Assembly (NCBI RefSeq): GCF_018977255.1
Contig: NW_024704743.1
Location: 60,576,001-60,640,000 of the forward strand
Source of the DNA: Callorhinchus milii
Lineage: Eukaryota
Direction: 5' to 3'
Length of the DNA stretch: 64,000 nt
The position numbers and the translations under genes are program-made. A model generated the notes under the pieces. The model saw only the letters and a list, made by a program, of their open reading frames with translations. It was not told the DNA's origin and did no database searches. The first letter of the stretch is position 1. The number at the start of each line of letters is the position of its first letter. Positions 54,343-64,000 of this stretch are shown here, piece by piece.

Positions 54343-55565
54343 TTTCATAGAATCATAGAATTATACAGCTCAAAAGGAGGGCATTTGGCCAATCGTGCCT
54401 GTGCCCGATCTTTGAAAAGAGCTATCAATTCAATCCCACTCCCCCGCTCTCTTCCCATAGCCCTGCAAACTTGTCCTCCCCAAATAATTACCTACTTCTC
54501 TCTTAAAAGTTGTTATCGAATCGGCTTCCACCACCCTTTCAGGCAATGCATTCCAGATCCGAACAACTCTCTGTGTAAAAAAATGTCTCCTCACCTCCCC
54601 TCTTTTTATTTTAGCAACTATTTTAAATCGGTGTCCTTGGGTTACCGACCCACCCGCCAGTGGAAATAATTTCCCCCCTATTCACCCTATCAACTCCCCT
54701 CATAATTTTGAAAACTTCTATTAAAGTCTCCTCTTAACCTTTTCTGCTCCAAAGAGAATAATCCTAGGTTCTCTAGCCTCTCCTGATAACTCAAGGCCTC
54801 ATTCCTGGTACCATCATGGTAAATCTCCTTTGCACTCTCTCCAATGCCTTGACATCCTTCCTAAAGTGTGGTGCCCAGAACTGAACACAGTATTCTAGCT
54901 GAGGCCTAACCAGTGTTCATCTTAACTTCCTGATTTTTGTATTCTATGCCCCTATTTATAAAGCCTAATATCCCACATACTTTTTTTTAATAGCTTTATC
55001 TACCTGTCCTGCCACCTTCAAAGATTTATTTATATGAACCCCCGGGTCGCTCTGTTCCTTCACCCCTTTAAGATTGTACCATCAGCTTATATTGCCTCTC
55101 CTCAATCTTCCTCACAAAATGCATCACTTCACATTTCTCCACATTAAAACTTCATCTGCACGTGTCTGCCCATTTTACCAGTCTGTCTATGTACATTTGC
55201 AGTGTGCTACTATCCTCCTCACTGTTTACTATTTTTCCTAGCTTAGTATTATCTGCAAACTTGGAAATTGTACTCCCTATACCCAAGTCCAGGTCATTTA
55301 TAGAAAACAAAAACAGTAGTGGTCCCAATATTGATCCCTGGGGGACACTACTGCACTCTTCCCTCCAGTCAGGAAAACAACTGTTCATCATTGCTCTCTG
55401 CTTTCTGTCTCCCGGCCAATTCTGTATCCATGCTGTCACAGTCCCTTTAATACCATGGGCTTCTATTTTGCTTAAAAGTCTCTTATGTGGCTCTTTATCA
55501 AACGCCTTTTGAAAATCCATATAAACTACATCAACTGCACTACCTTCATCCACCCGCTCCATTAT
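54343..55565 (-). mobile_element. CR1 LINE fragment, second subfamily
   Basis: VDVVYMDFQKAFDKEPH, SVPQGSILGP, SKFADNTKLG; (ttctatga) tail. Confidence 0.9.
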
Positions 55566-58500
55566 TTCATATAAAAAAAAACTTTCTTTCCGGCTTAGTA
55601 CTACATCAGGAAGGTACTCTGACCTGGGCCATCGGAAGAGCGTATGAATTTTATTTTCAGTCAATTTCTCAAAATCAAGATCAAGGATGATGGGCAAATA
55701 GATTGCTTTATTTCATCATTTCAATGCTCGGGATAGAAACAAGGCACATGATCCAACCTAGCATTTTTCCTGAACGGACAAATTGTGCAATGTACGCAAC
55801 AATTGTATGTCACTGAATATTAAGGTTATGACAGCCACAGACATTGATGTTTTCATTCCTGCCCAGACAGTTCAGAACATGATAGCCAGGTCTGAAATGA
55901 TCTCGGCACCACATGCCATTTTATAAATGTGGTAAGGAAGACGCCAATAAATGAAACTATTCTACCCTCTGGTCATGTGGAAAATATAATGGATGCAGAA
56001 AATGCTTCATTATACAGTGTCAAATTAAGTCATTGTTACATTCTTCCTGAAGACCTTTTGTGAAAATTTAATATCAATATAAGGTGTGACTGAAGGTTTC
56101 ACAACATATTAGTCTAGTCTGACACTCCAGTGCAATATAGGGAAGCATTGAGCTGTGGCATCAGAGAAATGCCGCCTTCAGATGAAACGTTAAAACAAAG
56201 TCCCATCTGCCTGTTGAAGTGGACATTAGAGATCCTATGACACAATTTTTCCCAGTACCCTGGCTAACAATCCCTCAGAAACTTCATGGCTGTTTGTGGG
56301 ACATTGCTGAGCACAAATTGTCTGCCCTATTTTCCTAAAGATACATTTTACAGTAAATCTTGAAGTATTTCATCAACATGTGAAGACACTATATCGAATA
56401 TGAGGATTTCTGTTATTAAATTTTATTATTATTATTAACTTTTAAGGTTTTTAGTTTCAGGGACATTAGAACTAATTAGAACCCCACCCTTTGGATCTCC
56501 ATCCAACAGTCCCTTTGCCTTGTTCCCTCTCTTGCTTCCTTCAAGGCCCATCTCAAGAGCCTTCTCTTCGACCGCCCTTTTGGTCCCACCCCTACCCTCC
56601 ACCACTCCTGATCCCAACCCCCAGCTCGGATCCAAATCGCTTACTGTCCAGGGCCTTGGGATGTCCTCCCAATGTGAAAGTTGCTGTACAAATTGTTGTT
56701 GTTGTTGCTATGTACAAACTGGGTGCTGCATTTTGCCCACAAAATGCATAGTCAAACCACTTTATTATAATAATCCTTGCATTTGATATAGTGCCTTCTC
56801 ACATCTTGAGACGTCTCAAAGTTCTTCCCAGAATATACTGTAAAGTTAATTGACTATATTTTGTGGGCGAAACGCATCAGCCAATTGCGTACAGCAGTAT
56901 CTCATAAACAGTAGATTGAGTAACCAATTTCTTCTTATTATTTTTATTAGAAGGCAATACTAGAATCCTGAGTTTAGTGTATGTGTTGTGCTGTTGTCTT
57001 TATTTATACATCTTAGATGTAATCGGGTCAAAATTCCATAACATCTAAAATTGTCCTGCGTGATCAGAGGGTTACATTTCATGGCACAAAACAGATTATA
57101 ATTTTGATGTTCATATCCAGTGAACAATGAACCTGACTACAGCTTTACATGTCATTTATACATGTGCTAGTTCTGCAACTACATAATTATGCCAAAGAGG
57201 ACCGACATAGAAGGATACAGAGAAAGAACAGGGAATTGAGATTTAGGTAGATAGTTTTGATGGAGAAGCAGAAGAATGGTTTGAATTTGTCTCCTTCAGT
57301 AATTTATAATTTCTATAATTTTACTACTGCACACACTTTTGTACATTTTTACATTTATACATGTCAACCTCAAATTTTCACATGATGAATTACATTACTT
57401 TGAAATATTATGGAGACAAACAGCAGCTAGTCCACAACAACAAATTTCTCAATTAGTGATGAAACTTGTTGCTTTTTGATGAATTTGGATGGGGAGAGTA
57501 TTGGTCCAAATACCATCAAAACGTGTTGCTCTTCTTCAAAATAGTGCCAAGGGATCATCTTTAACATCCAATTAAAACACCCAACACTTTGGTTTAACAT
57601 CTCATCCAAAGTTAACTGATCCAGATCTCTTGTAATATAATAATAATAACAATCCTTGCATTATATATAGCACCTTATCACATCTTCCAGACGTCTCAAA
57701 GCGTTTCACAGAATATACTGTAAAGTGAATTGACTGTATATTTTGTGGGCGAAACATGGCAGCCAATTGCACACAGCAGTGTCCCACAAACAGTCATGTA
57801 ATGGGTAGAATGTTACTACACAACCTGCTCAAATATAATTCTTGGGTAATGTTTTGACACCTTGAAACATCACCTTAGTGCTGCAGTACTGAATGCTATT
57901 CTGGATTATAAACTGAAATCCTGTTGAGGTACTATCCACTATGTCACATTGGCGCTACACACCTTTTGCACTCTACGTGCATATACGTTCTGTACTTAAG
58001 AAAATGCTCTAGTGATTTGTACAGTCAGGTCTAAGCTTTGAAATGCTCACTATGGAGAGGCAGTAAGTGAATGTCTTTCTGTCCTGTTTGCACTATTTGG
58101 TACCTGAGATAATCGAATGTTGAAAGACTATTTATCCTGTAAACTTCAATATGTTATCACACGTGGAATAGATATTTGAATGAAATGCTCCTTGACTGAC
58201 ATTGTGGAAAATAACTAGAGTTTTCAGGAGTCAATTATTATAATGAGAATATCTGGACTAGAATTTTTAGATGAGCTGCTAGAAACCTGTTGTTTTCTGT
58301 CTTTAGTCATATTCAAACTACAAAGACATAAAGGAATTGAAAAGTAAAGGAAAACTTGAAACAGATCTAATTTTGCAAGCAAAAGACATGTAAGTATTAT
58401 CATTATTAAAACTCATATTTTATCAGTCTCCATCATGTATTATTTATTAGGGATGCGGTCAGTGCTGCTTGTCATATCCTTTTGGTAACAAGAACACCTT

Positions 58501-59992
58501 TGACACATTGATACTGTAGTCATGTTGAACCTATTTGACTTTTCTATTTGTTGAAATGTACTTTCTTGACAAGGTTATGTGGTGCTTGTTTACCTTGTGT
58601 GACCTTGGGCTGGAAACCTTTCGGTTAATTCCATCAGAAAAGTTGCTATCCATAGTTCTGCTGAAAGCTGCTATATTGTGATCTCTATTGGCTTTGGCAG
58701 GATCCGCTCTATTGAGTTGACAGGAGCTATAACTGATCATCACAAAAGATCAGCAGTACTTACCTCCTGCTATTCTTCCGATAGAGAGAGAAACATTGGA
58801 GATGGTTATAAATGGTTATACGCACGTCATCATTCTAATCCTATCTCACATTCTGAACCCCCCTGAGGAGAACCACTCCAAATGTCGAACATAGCAATGA
58901 TCACTATACAGCAGACCTTCAGACAGTCTCTACACTTTACAGTGTATGCTGCGAAGCACTTTGGGACGTCTCGACGACGTGATAAGGCGCTATATCAAAT
59001 ACAAGGATTATTATTATTATTATTATTATCCACCATAATGGACAGGGAGCTCCATATTGGCTCATTGAAATTGCTGGATAATTGGAGTTCCATTGTACCA
59101 GGGTGTCAGCCTAGCTCACAGCAGTTGGAAGCACTTTTGCCTCTGGATCAGAAAGTTGTGGGTTCAAGTCCTGCATTGGGTTAAGATTGATTGCTGTGTG
59201 TAAATGATCTACCTTGCCTGCAAATACAATTGTGAAGCACACTGAGATATTCTGGTGTGAAAAGGCAATGTATCAATGCAAAGTTTTTTATTATTATTGT
59301 TGTCCTTCAGATGAGACGTTGAATTGAAGTCCCATCTGCCTGTTCAGGTAGATGCTACAGATTCCATGACACTAGCTGAAAAGAGAAAGGAGTTTCTCCT
59401 GGTGTCCTGGCCAACACTACCCCAAATAAAATTGATCACTTACTCCATGGCTGTTTGTGGGACACTGCTGTGCAAAACTGGTTGCAACTTTTCACCCACA
59501 AAATACACAGACAATCCACTTTACACTATATCCTGTGAAGCCATTTGAGAAGTCTCAATGATGTGATAAGGCACGATATCAAATGCAAGGATTATTTTTA
59601 TTATTATGTTATAAAAATAATCATTGAAATATTTCAACATGGTAAGGCTCTATCAAATACAATTACAGTATTATTCTTTATTTTAAGATTTGCATAAATA
59701 TTTATTTTAAGTTTCACAAAAAAGACTTCAAGAGGCCCCATAATGGCCAAACAGGTTTAAAAAAACACAGCCTGAAACACAACTAAGACGAGAAGGTTCC
59801 AATCCATCTCTGATGATTTAGCTGATCTTATCCTGTGCAGAAATGTGTACATTTTAATTGGACTCTGGGACCCTGGTGGAGGAGATGGAGGAGAAAATAA
59901 GCCAGGTTTCTATTAATGGAGATGCAAATATGTGGATTTTGGGTGAAAATGAGATCAAGGTTGGCTATATATCATTATCATTGGCTTACAAT

Positions 59993-60760
59993 TCAACAAC
60001 ACAACAACAACAAGATTTCATTTATAGAGCGCCTTTCACGTCGGGAGGATGTCCCAAGGCGCTGGATAGTCGGGTCAGGACCCGAGCAGGGGGGGAAATG
60101 GTCAGGGTGAGGGTAGGGAAGGGAGGGAGCGAGGAGGGGGTAGAGAGTCGAGAGGGGAGCTGAAGGCACGTTCAAAGAGAAAGGTCTTGAGACCGGCCTT
60201 GAAGAAGGAAAGGGAGGAGGCGGCGAAGGCACTGGGGGATGGAGTTCCAGAGCCTCGGGGCTGAGAGGCTGAAGGTCCGGCCACCGATGGTAGGGCGGTT
60301 GGGGCGGGGGATGTGGAGCAGACCGGAGCCAGAGGAACGGAGGGTACGGGGCAGGTAAGTAGGGGGATAGTAGGTCGGAGAGGTAGGAGGGAACAAGGCT
60401 GTGAATGGCCTTGTAGGTGAGGATGAGGATCTTGAATTCGATCCTCTGGGGATGGGGAGCCAGTGGAGGCGAGCGAGGGTGGGAGTGATGTGGTCCGAAG
60501 CCTGGTGCGGGACAGTACACGAGCTGCAGAGTTCTGAATGACCTGCAGCTTGTGGAGGGAGGTGCCGGGAAGGCCGGCGAGGAGAGGGTTCTCATAGTCC
60601 AGCCTTGAGGTGATAAAGGCGTGGACCAGTGTTTCAGCAGCATGAGGGGTGAGGTAGTGCCATAGTCTGGCGATATTCCGGAGGTGGTGGAAGGCGGTGC
60701 CAGTTGTAGCGTGGATGTGGGGAAGAAAGGACAGCTCAGGGTCGAACAGAACGCTGAGGA
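59993..60760 (-). mobile_element. Young L2 3' fragment
   Basis: QRIEFKILILTYKAIH and PTIGGRTFS motifs; CpGs retained; intact stem-loop tail. Confidence 0.9.
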
Positions 60761-61067
60761 TATAATAAAGTTATATTAATCACAGGAGTGTTGCATTCAG
60801 TTTTGGATGCCCTACCTCAAATAAAGTATAGGTACATTGGAAATGGTTCTGAGAAGAGAAATAAAATATAGTTGGCATTTCCTTGGGGGATGATTCTGAG
60901 CATAACCGGAAAAACTGAACTCTGCAGTGCCATTTGTAGAGCTACTTCACTCAATCTAAACTGTAGAAGCTGAGCTTTCAGGTACTGTCACTGTCTTAGG
61001 CTTTAAAGTTCCTTTACACCACAAGATAGACTCTATTCTAACCTTTATTCTGAAATAATAGACTTAC

Positions 61068-61085
61068 AATGCAACCAGTCACACT
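61068..61085 (-). CDS. Candidate 18-nt microexon (SVTGCI), phase 0-0
   Basis: ctaat branch-like motif plus ttctgtttcaatcatacacag| acceptor; consensus donor |gtaagt; frame-preserving. Confidence 0.3.
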
Positions 61086-61315
61086 CTGTGTATGATTGAA
61101 ACAGAAGTTATTAGATGTGTTTGTGTGTGCCACTTACTGTGCAAATACTGAATGTAGGGTTTCAAAATGAACATGCTGAAATTACAGAACAATCTGCCAT
61201 TGCCACAGTTAAAACATTTTATTAAATAAGACATTAAACTTAGTTCTATTCAAAAAGTTTGATTATGAAATTTGTATATTTGACTCCAACGGCCAAATTT
61301 ATATTTATGTCTGAC

Positions 61316-61513
61316 CTCAGCATCTACTAAAGCAATGATGTTATTATCACCAAATAATGATAATTCATCTGTTACTATGGGCACTAAAAGTTTAATGTTA
61401 TAAAACAACACCTCAAGAGAGGTATCCAATATAATTACTCTTTGGACATGAGTGCTTGTACAATGTTTACATTTTACAAGGCTGATTTTTGAGCAGAATA
61501 TTGTAGCTTCCAT
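61316..61513 (-). CDS. Putative first coding exon of an uncharacterized multi-exon gene (MEATIFCSK...IIALVDAE, 66 aa)
   Basis: Non-repeat ORF. The ATG is the first one after an in-frame stop. Upstream acceptor gtgcctcttcag| at 61588; donor GAG|gtcaga, phase 0. Confidence 0.5.
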
Positions 61514-61604
61514 TATATGACAGCGATTTGTATTCTTCCCATCATTAGACGTTCAGGAAATACATAGAATCCTCCCATTACCTACAATCTGAAGAGGCAC
61601 AGAT

Positions 61605-62086
61605 ACAAACCTAACCCATCACTCCCACCCTTGCCCGACTCCACTGGCTCCCCATCCCCCAGAGGATCAAGTTCAAGATCCTCGTCCTCACTTTTAAGGC
61701 CATGCATTGGCCTTGCCCTCTCCTACCTCTCTGACCTGCTGACTCCCTACCAACCTCCCCGCTCGCTCCATTCAACGGGCTCCGGTCTGCTCAATGTCTC
61801 CCGCCCGACCCGCCCTACCATCGGTGGCCGGGCTTTCAGCCTCTCTGTCCCCACACTCTGGAACTCCATCCCACGGTCCCTTCGCCTCGCTTCCTCCCTG
61901 TGCTTCCTTCAAGGCCGGTCTCAAGACTCTTCTCTTCGACCATGCCTTTGGTCTCCCTCCCACCTCTCTGCCTTCCCTCACCCCTACACCACCCCTCTCG
62001 GGCCCTGACACCTGATTGTTCAGCACTTTGGTACATCCTCCCGACGTGAAAGGCGCTCTACAAATGTAATTTTGTTGTTGTTGTTG
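61605..62086 (+). mobile_element. L2 3' fragment
   Basis: PTIGGRAFS and FKAGLKTLLFDHAF motifs; (ttg)n tail. Confidence 0.9.
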
Positions 62087-63140
62087 AGAGAAAAACAGAA
62101 AACTAAGGGCTCCTTTAGGAAATTGGAATAGTACAACAACAATTTACACTTATATAATGTGCGTCACATAAGCTAATGTCCCAGAGTGCTTAAATGGTAG
62201 TTGAGAAAAGGGGCTGGAAGATTAGCAAGTATAATATTTGGCACCAAAATGGTAAAATATAAAAATTGTGTTTTTCCCTTATAGTCTCTGTTAGACACCA
62301 GTTCAACAAATAAAACAAGTGCTCATTGCCATCTGGATATGATGACCATATGTATTGACTGTCATTGGAAAACATCAGCATGGAGTGAAGAGGCAGGGGG
62401 AGGGGAATGCTGAACTGCAGTGGAGAAGTTTATTTAATTTTATTTAAAGCATAATTTAATGCTGAAGGAGTCTTCTTAGGGCACTGGTAACATTTTAATA
62501 CAAGATTGTTTTACAGGCTAAGACTAACTGCAATTTTGGTCCTTTAATGTTTTCAATTTTGCCCTCATGTAGAAAACAAGAATGTTGGTGTTAGTTGACT
62601 TTCTGCTATTATTACTGACAGTGAAGCTTATTCTGTATTCCCTGGGGGCAACCACAGCCATTAGTTCGAGTTCACTGCCGATGTTAGCAATAAATAACTC
62701 TTATGTTGATTAAAACTATTATGATCTGTTACTTTATTCAAAATGTTGTTTCAATGACTGTAGTTTCCTCGAAGTTCTTTTTTAAAACTGAACTCTGAAT
62801 TGCAAAATAGGTACTATTTGAAGTGTTATTAATTCAAATGAATGTCCTGAAACACAATGTAACAATTTGTAATAACTCAATGATAAAGAAGGATATTGCT
62901 CAGTCCAGAAGTTTAGGAATGCTTAATATAGGTACAGTAATTGATGTTCAAAATTTAATCGGATTTTAAATTTAAGACCCATGGGGGTTTGTAGTGTTTT
63001 ATAATGTGTTCTGTGTATTCATTAAGTCAGCACAAAGAATAAGTTATGAACACCCCATTTTCTTAAAATTTAAGGTTTTCAGAATTAAGAAAATGTTAAG
63101 ATAATACACATAGCAAACACAGTTGCAGTCTGAAACTCAC

Positions 63141-63262
63141 CTGTAAGAATTCAGATCAATAGCAATGCTGATAGGGATAAACTTCCTTAAGCAGGGTGAA
63201 GCTCAATAGCTTATTATGCACAGATTTGTTCAAAAACATCCCCTGTGTGATAAAGCATATTC
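63141..63262 (-). other. Candidate non-coding 5'UTR exon; a second donor at 63367 suggests an upstream first exon
   Basis: Donors CAG|gtgagt (63141) and CTG|gtaagt (63367); acceptor at 63262 or 63242; stops in all three frames. Confidence 0.35.
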
Positions 63263-63469
63263 CTAGATGTATTTAAAATAATAAACTTCAGGACGAGACC
63301 AGATGGGATTTCAGCCTTTTGGTTTTATTGATTCACAGCACTTTTCATTGTCGAAGTCACACTTACCAGTGCTTCGAAGTCACAGCTAACAATTCCCAAC
63401 AACAATGGAAAATAAATACAGTAAAACTCACATAAATCTTATAAATGGTATAATCGCCCAAGTTATACA

Positions 63470-63910
63470 TTCACCCGAGTGCTATTCAGTTTTCTATCGA
63501 AACCACTTAGATTTCTTTGCATTAGTCGATTTAATTACCTCCTAACTCAGAATTCCACACCCTACTCTCCATACTCCCGCGTATACCTGAATCGCAGGAA
63601 CTGATGTCCTGACCCATTGACGCATGCACACTTAGCATCCTGCTGCATTGAGTTGTGGGAAATTTTGTCTTGATCCGTCGATGCATGCACCAAAGAACTT
63701 GATTTCCTGTGATTCAATGTGATTCAAAATGGTTGACGGCATGTGCACATGTGTTGACGGGTCACGATGCATTGAATCATGAGAAATGCAATCTCGACCG
63801 GTCAACACATGCAAATTTTGCGGCTGCAGTGGTGAACTACCGCGTGCGTACCTACCAGCTTCAATAAATTGCGCATGTGAAGTGTAGGTTACTGATTAAA
63901 TCGGATTTCC
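63470..63910. promoter_or_regulatory. CpG-enriched promoter-like region upstream of the minus-strand gene model
   Basis: Visible cluster of CG dinucleotides in an otherwise CpG-depleted window; tgcgcatg (NRF1-like half site) near 63870; lies 5' of the candidate UTR exons. Confidence 0.35.
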
Positions 63911-64000
63911 TGCATTTATACAGTTTGCCTACAACTTGGACTTTGCATAAGTCATGTTAAATATTATGGTCCTAACTTATGTGAGTTTTACTGTATAACA

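Noticed and set aside
58594..58732. Exon candidate from ORF 58531..58743
   Set aside because: Its phase-2 start would need a 31-nt intron from the 58764 donor, which is too short.
1..64000. CRISPR array, operon or other prokaryotic defence system
   Set aside because: No regularly spaced repeat-spacer structure and no dense coding; the recurring sequences are dispersed retroposons.

Overview
This is AT-rich, repeat-dense vertebrate DNA. The repeat content (L2 and CR1 LINE relics, a tRNA-Ala-headed SINE, Deu-domain SINEs) points to a cartilaginous fish, possibly a chimaera such as Callorhinchus; this is an inference. Most ORF-track entries are LINE/SINE remnants or noise. Reading minus-strand splice signals by hand gives a chain of about 11 GT-AG exons from 61513 to 14513. 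They join in frame into a roughly 491-aa protein that I cannot assign to any known family, with candidate 5'UTR exons and a CpG-rich promoter-like region near 63.1-63.9 kb. Other structure includes a 140-bp local inverted duplication, three separate diverged direct duplications each about 1.1 kb apart, an unclassified ~550-bp repeat family, nested retrotransposon insertions and a shared SINE/L2 3' stem-loop. There is no prokaryotic-type system (no CRISPR, operons or rRNA). Repeat boundaries are approximate.
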